From the NCBI RefSeq assembly GCF_009914755.1, contig NC_060928.1: a stretch of 64,000 nucleotides of DNA; one strand, written 5' to 3'. Position numbers and translations under genes: made by a program. The stretch's first letter is position 1. The number at the start of each line of letters is the position of its first letter. A model generated the notes under the pieces. That model was given only the letters and a program-made list of their open reading frames with translations. It was not told the DNA's origin and did no database searches. The DNA comes from the human T2T-CHM13v2.0 reference genome, Homo sapiens. Positions 14,163 to 27,887 of the stretch are shown in pieces.

Positions 14163-15660
14163 AGAGAAACATAAACTCACCTCCAACCCCGGAAAAAGGA
14201 AACCTTTTAAATATACACAATCCTTTTAAGTGTCAGTTACAAAAATTAAGTATTAAGCCAAAAAGTGAATATTTATACTTCCAAAAGACATAAATTACTT
14301 AGTTTATAATTAGTAACACAAAATAATATAAATAAAAAATTAGTAAGATGGAAGTGGCCATAAAAATATAAACAATGACATCTTAAAAAGGAAATCTATT
14401 TAATAATTCTTAGGTTAAAAAGAAATTACTATTACTAAATTGCTATTTAAAATTAACTACGTATCAAAACCAGTGGTTGCAGCCAAAGCAGTTTTCAGAG
14501 AAAAAATCATACACATAAAACATTCACTAGGAAAAAAAAACAAAAAACACAAAACTGAGAATAATTCGATTTTACTTTAATTTTAGGAAACTTGAAAAAG
14601 AGCAGAAAATTCACCATATTCTTCTGAATAGAAGAGTAGGCATAATAAAGATAAAAGCAGAGGACTTTCAGGTAAGGTCATAAAAATTAAGTTATTCAAA
14701 CAAATCTTAACACTGCTTACAATTAAAAAATGCTGAATACATTATTTTAACAATCTTCTTGAAAAGTATCAAGTACTTGACAACAAAGTAAGCAATTACC
14801 AGGACAGAGTGGAAGGAAAAACAAAGCAGGGATTCTAGAGAAAGAAGTAGAACTCAGCTGTCATTTAGCCTTAAGAACTTTTGACATTCCAGAAAGAGGA
14901 ACTTTGTTTTCAGATCTGTGCAGGATAAGGAAGGTGAAACAAATGACAAAGCTGAAGGTTTGAACAAGATAAGGGGTGTAATGTACATGATAGTGGAGAC
15001 TTTCTTCACCATAAATTGTTATACACACACACACAAACACACACACACACACACACGCACACAGCAACAGTAGCCAATGGTCACATTCTGTGGCGTATGG
15101 GAAACGTAAGCCGTGAACTTGGTTTGAGATTGTCTTGAGCTAGTAGCACCTTTGCGTCACATTGTAACACACATGTAAATCCTCTTTGTATAAAGTCTCC
15201 TTTTCCTAGACCTCAAATAATTTTTTCAAATAATTTCTCCAAATATTTTTTAAGTACAATGAGTAGCACAAAGTGAGGATATCTCAGCACCCCGGAGCAC
15301 AAGACATCAGCAAGCAGCACTGGGGGAAAATAGAGAATGGAAAACATTTGTTGCATATAGAACTGACAACAGATTATATTCCAGAATATAAGTAATTATG
15401 AATCAATTTTCAAAGTTATTTTTAAAGGAAGAAAAATTTAAAAAGAGTACAAATGAGCCATTCACAACAAAGGATGCCAAACTGCCAAAATAAGCAGGTA
15501 AAAAATATGCAACGTCAAGAGTAATTATGAAAATTAAAACAATATATTTTTTCATTAGCTTGGGGAAAGTTTTAAAATATTGGTAATAGATTATTAAAAG
15601 TGTTGGAAAAATTTATCATTTTCATACACTGTTGGTGATTATGAATATTGGTGTGTTCTT

Positions 15661-15951
15661 TCTTTTTTTTTGAGACGGAGTGGCTCTGTTGCCCAGGCTG
15701 GAATACAGTGGCATGTGACCTCAGCTCATTGCAACCTCTGCCTGCTGGGTTCAAGCAATTATCCTGCCTCAGCCTCCCAAGTAGATGGAACTGCAGGCAT
15801 GTGCCACATGTCAGGATAATTTTTTGTATTTTTAGTAGAGACGAGGTTTCACCATGCTGGCCAGGCTGGTCTCGAACTCCTGACATTGTGATTCACCCGC
15901 TTTGGCCTCCCAAAGTGTTGGGATTACAGGTGTGAGCCACTGTGCCTGGTC
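15661..15951 (-). mobile_element. AluSg-like
   Basis: Antisense dimer; perfect TSD TGGTGTGTTCTT at 15649-15660 and 15952-15963. Confidence 0.93.
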
Positions 15952-16032
15952 TGGTGTGTTCTTAAGTGCATTTGGTAACGCCTATTAAAATTTAAAATGG
16001 ACATATGCATGTATCATATGACTCAGCAACTT

Positions 16033-16195
16033 ATTGCAGGCACACGGCACTTGCCCAGCTAATTTTTGTATTTTTAGTAGAGACGGGGTTTCACCATGTT
16101 GGCTAGGCTGGTCTCCATCTCCTGGCCTCAAGTGATCTACATGCCTCAGCCTCTAAAAGTGCTAGAATTACTGGCGTGAGCCACTGCGACTGGCC
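16033..16195 (-). mobile_element. 3'-truncated AluS: left arm and start of right arm, no tail
   Basis: Antisense Alu positions ~1-165; AGCAACTT on both sides. Confidence 0.88.
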
Positions 16196-16705
16196 TAGCA
16201 ACTTCGTGTTTAAAACTTTATTCTCTATATATTTACACCAAAGCATGCAATTTAATTATATAAATGTTATTAACATTATTGTATATAAAATAGAAAACTA
16301 GAAAAATCCAGATGTTCATCATTAAGAGAATACTCAAATATATCTGTTCAATAGTATTCAGAGCAACCATTCAGAAAGAGTGAGGTATATCTAGATGTCT
16401 TGATATGCAAGGAAAACCAAGCTATTTTAATGTTGGAAAAAAATTGAGGCTCAAAATAGAGACTGGTTGTAATATGATATAAAAATTTGTCTATGATTTT
16501 AAGCTGTAGTACATGTATTTTTTGTCTGCATAAATACATGAAAGATGCTAACTGTAATCACCTTTGGAGAGAAGAACCAGGAGTCTGAGGGGGAGAGAAA
16601 ACTTTCACCTATGGTTTTAAATTGCTCTGTTTGGTTTTCATTCTTTTAAAAATGTATATGTTGAGCATACACACACACACACCACACACACATATGTTTT
16701 ATTTT

Positions 16706-16848
16706 ATACTTTTTTAGAGAGACAAGGTCTTGCTGTGTCACCCAGGCTGGAGTTCAGTGGTGGAAGCATAGCTCATGCAGCCTCAGACTCCTGGGCTCTA
16801 TTTATCCTCCTCCCTCAGACTCCCAAGTAGCTGGGATTGCAGGCCCAC
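16706..16848 (-). mobile_element. AluJ right arm (half of a split Alu)
   Basis: T-rich tail, AGACAAGGTCTTGCT, GCAGCCTCAGACTCCTGGGCTC; ends abruptly at AGGCCCAC. Confidence 0.9.
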
Positions 16849-18032
16849 AAGGTACAGCTCAGGCCATTGCTTCAAAAGGTGCAAGCCCCAAGGCTTGGTG
16901 GCTTCCATGTGGTCTTGGGCCTGCTGGTGGGCAGAAGTCAAGAGTTGAGGTTTGGGAATCTCTGTATAGATTTCAGAGGATGTTTGGGAATGCCTGTATG
17001 TTCAAGCAGAAGTCTGCTGCAGGGGCAGAGCCCTCATGGAGAACCTCTGCTAGGGCAGTGCAGAAGGGAATGCGGGGTCAGTGTCCCCACACAGAGTCCC
17101 CACTGGGGCACTGTCTAGTGGAGCTATGAGAAGAGGGCCACTGTCCTCCAGACCTCAGAACCAACAGCTTGCACCATGCACCTGGAAAAGCTGCAGACAC
17201 TCAATACCAGTCCATGAAAGCAGCCAGAAGTGGCTGTAAAGCCACAGCGGTGGAGCTGCCCAAGGCTGTGGGAGCCTACCTTTTGCATCAGCGTGACCTG
17301 GATGTGAGACATGGAGTCAAAGGAGATCATTTTGGAACTTTAAGGTTTAATGACTGCCCTATTGGATTTCAGACTTGCATGGGGCTTATAACCCCTTTGT
17401 TTTGGCCAATTTCTCCCATTTGGAATGGGTGTATTTACCCAATGCCTGTACCCGCATTCTATCTAGGAGGTAAAAAACTTGCTTTTGGTTTTACAGGCTC
17501 ATAGGTGGAAGAAACTTGCCTTGTCTCAGATGACACTTTGGACTTGAATTTTTGAATTAGTGCTTGAATGAGTGAGTTAAGACTTTGGGTGACTGTTGAA
17601 AGAGTATGATTGTGTTTTGAAATGTGAGGACATAAGATTTGGGAGGGGCCAGAGGCAGAATGATATGGTTTGGTTGTGTCCCCACCCAAATCTCATCTTG
17701 AACTGTGGTTCCCATAATCCTCACATGTCCTGGGAGAGCCCAGGTGAGAAGTAATTTAACTATAGGGGTGGTTAACCTCAAGCTGATCTTGTGATAGTGA
17801 GTGAGTTCTCACGAGATCTAATGGTTTTATAAGTCTCTTTTTCCCCTTTTGATACTTCTCCTTGCTGCCGCCATGTGAAGAAGGATATGTTTGCTTCCCC
17901 TTCTGGCATGATTGTAAGTTTCCTGAGGCCACCCCAGCCATGTGGAACTGTGAGTCAATTAAACCCGTTTCCTTTATAAATTACCCAGTCTTGGGTATGT
18001 CTTTATTAGAAGCATGAGAACAGACTAATACG
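16849..18032 (+). mobile_element. THE1 (THE1C/D-like) 3' half of internal region plus 3' LTR (17661-18032)
   Basis: AAGGTACAGCTCAGGCCATTGCTTCA internal motif, polypurine tract GGGAGGGGCCAGAGGCAGAA, LTR TGATATGGTTTGG...ACTAATACG. Confidence 0.92.
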
Positions 18033-18929
18033 GTGTTCAAAAAATGAACAATTGTATAAACACAGCATTTCCTCCATAAGTTAAGTGTTTTTAGAAGGAG
18101 CTAAAACTCCTGGAATCCCCAGGGTGCCTCATTTTCAGAGGATCTTGTTTAAAATAGACCATCCATATTAGAGATGTAAATTTTGTGACAGTTATGATTG
18201 GCCACATCTTCCACTCTCTGCAGGTGGTACTTCTTTTTCTTTCCTTATTTACAATTGCATCAAGAAATGAGAATATTGCTTGTTTAAGTGAGAGGATGCA
18301 CACAGGTGGGCCAGGGCCCATGGCCGTCAATTTAAGGGCACACTTTCATTTTCAATGTAATTAACTGTCTAATTGAGCATCCAAATTTAGCAGTGAATTT
18401 GCATGTGCAATTAATTATGATTTAAAAGCACTCTGCATTAATGGTTTCTTTCCCATTATCTACAAATGTAATTACTGAAGGATGGATTGAGTTTGAAAAT
18501 CATTTGGGAAAATGTTTTTCTGCATCCCTGGAGCCCAATGCTATAAGAGGTAACAGTGAAATGAGAACATCACACCCAGAATTATAATGCTGAAAAGTGA
18601 GTTATTCTGGAGGGAGGGGCTGTAGGAGAGAGCTAGATTTGCTGATTTCAATATATAGTAATCTTTTTTTCTTGTTTACTGGAATTAATTTAAATTATAG
18701 TCACTATATGATTTCACTCAGAACAGATATACACCCTAGACTTACAGAAGGAGATTTTAGAGATAAAACTCACATTTTAAAAAAGAGTTCTAAAAGGAGA
18801 CTGTATTCTTAGTAATTTTCCATAAATTGTAAAATTAATATCTAGTTTAGTCTAAGAGCATTTGCATGCTTTTCTTGATTAAAGAAAAGATCTTAAAAGA
18901 GAAGATAAAGATATGTCCTTAAAATCTGA

Positions 18930-19286
<357 letters not shown>

Positions 19287-19810
19287 TTAACAAAGATTAG
19301 ACTAAAAACTTAGTCACTGGAGGGAAAATGAAAATTTTGAATAGGCAGACTGTGTCCTTTCCACTGGCTGAATAATTGAAAAACTGTATTATTATTTTCT
19401 GAGGAAAAAACATTAAGCATTTTGCCAACCAGAGATTTCTATAAATATAATGCTCATAGTTTTGCTGTAGAAGAAGGAAGTTAACTGTCACTGACTCTAA
19501 GCTCTTCTACCCCTGTCCACAAGGAGTACAAAGATACCAAACAATGGCAGGACATCAGCTTGAGTTTATCTCCATAGGCCTGGTGAGTAGAAAGCCTGAC
19601 TGAGAGGCATTTCAGAAAGGAAGTGAATAAAGCTTAGGAAGATGGTGTGAAAGAAAAATGATCACTTAATTATTATTTTATTAATGTAGTAATTGTTTAA
19701 AATAAATGGTTTTAAATAAAATACATTTATTTTAAAATGTTATTTAAAATTATGTATTAAACTATGTATTTCAAAATTAAACAAAAATAAATTGTTTAAA
19801 AATAAAACAT

Positions 19811-19962
19811 GGCTTGACATAGTGGCTCATGCCTATAATCCCAGCACTTTGGCAGGCTAAGGTGAGAGGATTGCTAGGAGGTAGAGACCAGCCTGGGCAA
19901 TATAGAGAGACCCTGTCTCTACAAAAAAACTTAAAATTTAAAAATCAGCTTGGCACAGTGGC
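19811..19962 (+). mobile_element. AluJ left arm (other half of the split Alu)
   Basis: GGCTTGACATAGTGGCTCATGCC...AAATCAGCTTGGCACAGTGGC, then abrupt switch to THE1 internal sequence. Confidence 0.9.
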
Positions 19963-21109
19963 AGCCCCTTTTAACCACAACCAGAGCTGAAGCAGCTTAA
20001 ACTCAGGGTACCATGTACCCAGGGTGCATAGCAGGTAGGGTCCTAGGCCCAACCCAGGAAACCATTCTTTCCTCTTAGGCATCTGGGCCTGTGATAGGAT
20101 GGGCTGCCAGGAAGCTCCCTGACATGCCCTGGAGACATTTTCTCCATTGTCTTGGTGGTTAACATTCAGCTCCTCATTACTTATGCAAATTTCTGCAATT
20201 GGCTTGAATTTTTCCCCAGAAAATGTGATTTTCTTTTCTATTTCATTATCGGGCTGCAATTTTTTCAAACTTTTATGCTCTGCTTCCTCTTGAATGCTTT
20301 GTCACTTAGAAATTTCTTCTGCCAGATACCCTAAATTATCTTTCTCAAGTTCAAAGTTCCACAGATCTCTAGGGAAGGAGCAAATGACACCAGTCTCTTT
20401 GCTAAAGCATAGCAAGAGTCACCTTTATTCCAGTTACCAACAAGTTCCTCATTTCCATCTGAGACCACCTCAGCCTGGACTTTATTGTCCATATCACTGT
20501 CAGCATTTTGGTCAAAGCCATTCAACAAATCTCTGGGAAGTTCCAAGTTTTCCCACATCTTCCTGTTTTCTGAGCCTACCAAGTCTCTAGGAAGTTCCAA
20601 AATTTCCCACATTTTCTGGTCTTCTGCTGAGCCCTCTAAACTGTTTCAACCTCTGCCTGTCACCCAGCTCCAAAGTCACTTCCACATTTTTGGGTATCCT
20701 TAAAACAGCATCCCACTCTTGGTACCAATTTACTGTATTAGTCTGTTCTCCTGCTGCTAATGAAGACATACCCAAGACTGTGTAATTTATAAAGGAAACA
20801 GGTTTAATTGACTCACAGTTCTGCATGGCTGGAGAGGCCTCAGGAAACTTACAGTCATAGCAGAAGGGAAAGCAAATATGTCCTTTTTCACTTGGCAGCA
20901 GCAAGGAGAAGTGCCCAACAAAACGGTGGGAAGCCTTTTATAAAGCCATCAGATCTCATGAGAACTCACTCACTCTCACGAGAACCACATGAGGGTAACT
21001 GCCCCCATGATTAAATTACCTCCCATTCTGTCCCGCCAGGGACATATGAAGATTATAAGAACTACAATTCGAGATGAGATTTGGGTGGGGACACAGCCAA
21101 ACCATGTCA
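19963..21109 (-). mobile_element. THE1 5' half of internal region plus 5' LTR (20734-21109)
   Basis: Antisense THE1 internal sequence; LTR TGTATTAGTC...CAGCCAAACCATGTCA. Confidence 0.92.
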
Positions 21110-21584
21110 AAAACACAGGAAACATTTTTGTATGGGCCTTTAACTTCTAGAACATTTAATACCTTGAAGCTCTGACATAAGAAACTGGTAGTTAAATTGG
21201 GAACACTTTAATTTTTATTATCAAGATTATTACTAATAGATAAATTGCCTTATATTTATGTAGCAATGACAATATTTTAGTGTATATTTGCTTATGTCAT
21301 CATTCCTATATAGAAATATAAAATTACCCTCATGTTAGGGGTGAGAAAGTATGATTCAGAAAGGTAATGTGATTTGCCCCAGAAAGGCAATAGCAGGAAA
21401 GAGAGTATAATCTCCATTTTAAAACTCAATCTGGTGGTCTTTCATCAAATCTGTGGTAAGTAATGAAAAAATACTCTTTGTGAAATGAGTGAGCCTAAAG
21501 TCTCTAGCACTCCAAGATAAATTTTCAAATTTTATGGTTATTTTGTAAATCACATAACAAGCCATCTCAAGAGCAAAAGTAGCA

Positions 21585-22100
21585 TGTTAGGCAGAATAAT
21601 GCCCCTCACCCTAAAGATGCCAATATTCAAATCCCAGAACCTGTAAATATATTAGGCTACATAGCACAAGGGAGTTAATGGTTGCAGATGGAATTAAGGT
21701 TGCTAATCAGATTACCTTGAAATAGGACCTGGATTGTATGGGTAAGCCCAGTGTAATTCCAAGAGTCCTTAAAAGTGGAAGAGGGAAGCAGAAGAGGAGG
21801 CCAGAGGAAAATGTAGCTACAGAAAAAAAGGCATAGATGAATGCAACGTTGCTGGCTTTGAAGATGGAGAGAGGAAGCTCTGATTGAAGAAGAGTAGGAC
21901 CTCTAGGAGCTGGAAAAGGCAAGGAAATCATTCATCCCTAGAGCTACCCGAAAGAAACAACCCTGCAAAACACCTTGATTTTGAGCCAGTGAGATTTGTG
22001 TCAGAATCTTGATTTCTAGAAATTATAAGATAACACATTAGTGTTGTTTTAAGCCACTTAGCTTATAGTTAATTATGGCAGCAAATAGAAAACTATATTG
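21585..22100 (+). mobile_element. MLT1D-like MaLR solo LTR
   Basis: AGGCAGAATAATG...GTTGCAGATGGAATTAAGGTTGCTAATCAG...GCAGCAAATAGAAAACTA. Confidence 0.85.
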
Positions 22101-22841
22101 TGTCTAAAATATTTGTAGCTGAACAGCAAACAACTGCTTGTAGAATAAATGAAAGAGGTCTCCTAAATGTTTGTGACTATGCTAGGGTGATATAACCACA
22201 CATGATGTTTGCCACTCCACCCATCTCACTTCATTAAATCTCAGAACCCATTCCTGATCTTTTTCTGGGAGTTTACTCACTTTCCCTGAACTTGCTGGTC
22301 CAAGAAGATTCATAGGTCCTTGTTTTTCAAAGACAACTGTTTCTGTTTTACAGTTTACCCTAATAAGGCTTGTCAGCCTCTGTCAGTTGAGATCTACTGC
22401 ATATTAATATAAGCTATGTGGATGCATGACTAACTCATTTTTGGACATCAGGCTTAGTATTTTGGATTGATTTCTCACTTATTCTTGAGTGATCCCAAAC
22501 ATAATTTGACATAAAAGTTGCTTGAGGCTGTAAGTAAGGTAAAAGAAGCCTGACTTGATTTTAGCTAGATTGATTCTCACCTTGAAATTTTACTAGAGTG
22601 TGTCCAGACAACCACTGTTGGAGTAAAACTTGGACAATGATAGAATTTCATTGATTCCAAGACAGTTAGATATTTTAACAAATTGGGAATCAGCATTTGT
22701 CATAGCACCAATGACATTTTACAATCATTCCCAGCCAGCTGGGTGTCCACCATTTGGTCATAACTGTACTTATTTGTCATTGCTTCCATTAACTTACTGA
22801 TATGTACATTGTACCTATTATGCAGGTAAAATCAAATTGGC

Positions 22842-23146
22842 CTTTGGGAGGCTATGACAGGTGGATTGCTTGAGCCCAGGAGTTCAAGAGAAGCCTGAGC
22901 AACATGGTGAAACACATCTTTACTAAAAATATAGAAATTAGCCCAGCGTGCTGGCAAGTGCTTGTAGTTCCAGTTACTTAGGAGGCTGAGGTGGGAGGAT
23001 GGTTTGAGCCTGGAAGGTCAAGTCTGCATCAAGCCTGCAGTGAGTCATGGTCTCACCACTGCACTCCAGCCTGGGCAACAGAGTGAGACCCTACCTCAAA
23101 ATAAAAACAAAAAACAGAGAAAAGAAAAGAAGAAGAAAGAAAAAAA
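22842..23146 (+). mobile_element. 5'-truncated AluJ
   Basis: GGATTGCTTGAGCCCAGGAGTTC; A-rich tail. Confidence 0.88.
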
Positions 23147-23270
23147 TCTAATTAGCTATTGAATGAAAAGTTGGTGTGTAAGCAAAAAGGAATAGAAACA
23201 GTAAAGCAGGGCATAAATTTGCTCTTAGCAAAGCAAGTATTTATTGCTGGAGGGATAATTAAAATTATTA

Positions 23271-23353
23271 TTCTTCCTCCTCCTCCTCCTCCTCTCCCCC
23301 CTCCTCCTCCTCTTCCTGCTCCTCATCCTCGTCCTCCTTCTCCTCCTCCTCCT
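23271..23353. repeat. (CCT)n microsatellite
   Basis: Directly visible. Confidence 0.95.
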
Positions 23354-24067
23354 TTTTTTTTCAAAGCGAAGGCCAAAGGTTTAAGAAAGAAAATAGTGCC
23401 AAGTAAATAGTGAAGCTTGATTATGTTTTGTTACTGGGCTATGTGAAAAGGATTGCTTATTAGACTCAAAGCAATGTAACTGAAGGCAAGAGAAATTGAC
23501 AAGTTCCTCACAGTAGGTAAAAGAAATTTCAAAGGAAGAAGAGGCTAGTGTGACTGATTCATAAATCATGTAGGACATTCATTAAAGCATTAACTCATAA
23601 TTTAATAAGCAACATTATATCTTTCTTAATAATATAATCATTAACATCTCAAATTTGATAAAAAAAAAAAAAGGAGGGAAATGGAGAAGTAAGATGGGTG
23701 ATTTAGTTTATCTATTGCTCCTAAGGCACAATACAATGGCAACTTAGTGTAATAGAATATGGATACATCTGAGATCATTACAAATTAGGTTTTATTCCTC
23801 AACTTTATTACAGAATAACTATAGCAGTGTAACATTTCTGAATCTCTTTATTATGATCTATAAAATGGGATAATAATATTTACTTGTAGTTTTGATGTAA
23901 GGATTAGATTAGACCTTGTCATCTGCTTCTCTTTCCCTATAGCGAAAAGTAATTTTCATGGGTCAGTTGTGAGAGGTCTTGCAAGGAATTTGGAATCAAA
24001 AGAAATTCATTTGTGGCTCTGCTACTCACATGTGATCTTATATCTGTTAGCCAAATTTCTAGTGCCT

Positions 24068-24592
24068 CTAGTAGACAGCCTCCAAGATAACCCTTAATGA
24101 GCCCCTGGGTCATCCCTTTCCTCACTGGACAAGGTTTCACCTTTGTGACCAATAGTGCATGGCAGAAATGATGTTATGACACTTGTGAGATGAGGTGATA
24201 AAGACAAGCTTCTGTTATAGGCATGTATTCCTTCTCTCTTATTCACTTTAGGGGAAGCCAGCTGCTTTGTCTTGAAGATACTCAGGCAACCCTGTGGAGA
24301 GGCCTATATGGCAAGAAACTGAGACTTTCAGACAACAATCAAGGAAATGAGGACTCCAGCCAATAGCCATTGGAGTGAGTCTTCTCAGAAGCAAAGAATA
24401 AAATTCCAATCAATGCTTTACATGATGATGCAGTCCCAGGTGATCAAAACCTTATGAGCAACCCTAAGCAAAAACCATCCAGCTATGCCACTCTGGGATT
24501 CCTGACACTCAGAAGTTGTAAAATACACAGTAAAAAATATTTCTTACACAGTAATAAATAATAAAATTTCTTGTACAGTGATAAATAATACA
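24068..24592 (+). mobile_element. MLT1F-like MaLR LTR
   Basis: AGACAGCCTCCAAGAT.., GGGGAAGCCAGCTGC, CTGTGGAGAGGCC..GGCAAGAAACTGAG. Confidence 0.75.
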
Positions 24593-24798
24593 GGCTCATC
24601 TCTAAAAAATGAGAATGATTCATTCATAGAGTCTTGGAGGGCTCAAAAGAGAACAAGTCACAAACTATAAAGTATGAGTACAAATGCTAATTACTAAATT
24701 TATTTTGCAAGTCCATTTACCACCTTCATGTAACCTGGGTGCTCTCAGATTTCCCCTTAATTTCCCTTATTTCCCCTTAATAAATCACCAAGAGGTAT

Positions 24799-25400
24799 TG
24801 TGTCAGTGGTCCACCAGGCCACCCTTAAGTTCAACGATTTTTGAGAAGGACTCACAGAATTCAGAAAAACTGTTATACTCACGGTTATGGCTTATTGAAA
24901 TGAAAGGACACAGATTAAAATCAGCAAATGTGGAAGGTGCATAAGGCAGAGTCCAGGAGAGATCAGGCACACGCTTCTAGTTGTTCTTTGAGTGAAGTTG
25001 TTCAGACACCACTTAATCCTCTCAGCAATAATGTGTAATAAAACATACAGGATATTGCCAACTAGGGAAGCTCACCAGAGACTTGATGTCCAGAGTTTTA
25101 ATTGGGGGTTGGTCACTTAAGCATGGAGCACCCACATGCTTGACTTAGTTACTGTCTGTAGCTCCTCTAGAGGTCAAACTGATATGGTGTGGCCCAAGAC
25201 CCCACCATAATTCACATTGTTAGCATAAACTCTCTGGTGTGCACCAAGTCCCCAGTTATACAAAGACACTCTTGTCAGCAGCATCCGTCATGAAATTTGA
25301 GGTTATCTCCTAGGAGCCAGCAAAGGCCAATCCCTTCTTTGTAATATATAGGGATTGAACTTCCCAAGACTTCTGAGTTAACCCTTTATAACTCTTTATC
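24799..25400 (-). mobile_element. MER21/MER77-group LTR
   Basis: AAGGACTCACAGAATTCAGAAAAACTGTTATACTCACGGTTATGG and GGGAAGCTCACC motifs. Confidence 0.75.
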
Positions 25401-27754
25401 TATAGAGTTAACCCTACATATTTATAGATTTGCATTTTTTCCTACATCTATAAAACATCCTGACTGTGCAATCAGGTCCACCTCTTATTTTCCATTATGA
25501 CCGAAATATCTTGGAAGTAAGCTATGCTCATGCCCCTAGGGAACCTCAGGCTGGCTCTGGTGTGCAATGGATTGTTCTGCAGAGAATTCCATCTTACTCC
25601 AGAGATTCAGTGGAAAAAACCCTAGATGTGATAAATGACTCTGGGCCTCAGTAATACGGAGGATGCTGGGCCTGCTTCAGTAGCCCAGCAGATAGGAAAG
25701 AAGCATGTTCTAATGAGATAGCTATGGCATTCTGAGGCTACGTCAGAGCTAGGCATTCTTGATTTCTTTCTCCCCTGTCATTGTGCAACTTTCTTTGTCT
25801 TTCTCATGGTCCTCATTGATAATATAATATAATATAACTATATAATAATATATAATAAGAAGGTAATAATGCTTTCATGTGTACCATTGGCTTTCTTTGA
25901 AAATCACACATTTGTAAATTTTGAAAATAAACATCTGCTAAGAGTATACTGGGTTCAATGTGTTGTACCAGGCTCGAGGTGGAAGGAATGTGATGAATGC
26001 TTTAAATATTATTCTTGGAAACTGTAGAAATCATTGTAGATTTTTGAGCCAGTCACTGGTATAATTAAAGCCCATCTTTTAAATGGAGTACTGTACCCAG
26101 AGGTGAGAGAAGAAAATAAGTAGAATAGCTAGATCTGTGTGATCCTAGGTGACTCTGTGCCTGGAAGAAAGGAAGATTTTGAGTAAGAGTGGCTATTTTC
26201 ACTGTGAAATCATGAGGTTAGACTTTGGATAGCTTTGGTTGAGAAAATCCCACACAGAATTCAGATGCTCCAACCATATTTACTCCTATGTCACACATTT
26301 TAGCTATCAGACATTTTTATTAAACACACACTGGTGAAGAGGAGCTTCTTTTCCCACCTCCACCCTTACCCCATGTCCTAAACTATTCATCCAAAATCAA
26401 TCTTTTCATCTGATGTTGTTTTGCTTCCACTACCTTTCAATGTTGCTGCTTTTACTGTCTAATTTTATCCTCATCTTCCTCTTTGGACTTGATATATAAA
26501 ATTTTTCCTGCCTTGCCTCTTTTCAACAATTATTCCTTTTTTTCCACAGTGTGTATATCCACTGCAAATCCCCTCAAATAAACTCCCTCTCAGCTCTTTC
26601 ATTTCCAGGCCCTTCTACCTTGGTCTGCTGACAAATCCATATGTGGAAAGCATGGGAGATTCATATTATATACAAATGAATAAGAGTTCTGATTTATACC
26701 AAACTACAGAGGGACATAGACTTATATCTCGAGACAATGTTGTATTTGAAGTTGTTGATTTCTTCTGTCCCCATTGGGCCTCTTCTGCCTTTAGATGGGT
26801 CTCTATGAAGAAATTTATTAGAGTGAGGAAACGTTTATAGCAGGAGGTCCTAACTTGCCCTACACCAAACTTATTTGTAGAGGCAAATCCCTTCCAATCT
26901 TCTGAATTTCTGTTCCATAAACACAGTCTTTATACCACACATTTTAGTAACTAGCCACAAGAAAGTTCTTTTATCAACTACCCAAAAAGCACAAGGCTGC
27001 CTCCATAAACCAGGCTTATATGTGAATGTGGAAAATTCACATATTGATTGGTGAATCAATCAATTCACCAAATTGATTGGTGCAGCCCAAATTTAACCTG
27101 AATGAAAACCACAAGCAACTCTACAGCTTACAGGTCTGTGGGGTAGATGGGCTGCCTCTCCGAGGGAGAAATTCAATGTCTACAGTATCACGGATCAGCG
27201 GACCACCTCTGACCTCTTGTTCTAAGAGTGTCTCCTTGTCTGGTGAAGTATGAATTCCTTTTGGTTAAGAAAATTTAAAACATTTGTGGCCTTTCCTAGA
27301 TGAGCAATCACAATATTAAGACAGGATCTTCAGATGGCTCAAAACTAAACTTATTATTATCTTCTGTTGCAAAGATGTGGTCATTTTGAGCTTCTAGAAA
27401 TACCTTGGATATCCACCTTCAAGACGTCAGCTAATCTTCCCTGATCGCATGCTTCATCTGAAGTTGTCCCTTCAGGTACTATTTCAGACATAAGCGTGCT
27501 TACTTTATCTGATAATATGCCCCTTCTTTTACCCCTAAACTTATTGGTTAAACAACTCTTAAAATTCCAAGCGATTACATGTTTGATTTGGGTTGCACCA
27601 AGGAAGCAGGGTATTTGGATGAACACACTCTAGTATCCACCTCATCTTAGCAAGTGCAACTTCAAGAAATAAGTGGTAGTTGCTATAAAAAAGAAAGCTC
27701 TGGATACTTGAGAAAAAAATAAAATATTTAATGGAAATTGTTAAGGGACTTGAC

Positions 27755-27887
27755 TAGAGTGAGCATATGTCCTGGTTTGCTTGAGACAGAACCTCTTGAC
27801 AACTATTGCCATGGAATGATTATTAAAAGCACCTTTTTTCTCTCAAAGATATCCTTGGGTTGGATAACAAATTATATGGTAAACCTA
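27755..27887. mobile_element. MER94/MER81-like hAT-Blackjack MITE
   Basis: Imperfect TIRs TAGAGTGAGCATAT / ATATGGTAAACCTA, ~133 bp. Confidence 0.75.

Larger units (their letters stand above)
14200..16630 (+). mobile_element. Highly diverged L1M/L1ME fragments, with (CA)n at ~15022-15062
   Basis: GCAGCCAAAGCAGTTTTCAGAG, ACTGACAACAGATTATATTCCAGAATAT and similar ORF2/3'UTR remnants. Confidence 0.55.

Noticed and set aside
20524-20645. Tandem duplication within the THE1 internal region
   Set aside because: Probably a feature of the THE1/MST internal consensus rather than locus-specific; not verifiable here.
23159-23410. Proline-rich ORF
   Set aside because: Translation of the (CCT)n repeat; no splice or codon support.
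27043-27085. Hairpin TTGGTGAAT-caatca-ATTCACCAA as a possible miRNA or ncRNA
   Set aside because: The stem is only 9 bp and lies in a (TGAT/TCAA)-like low-complexity context.
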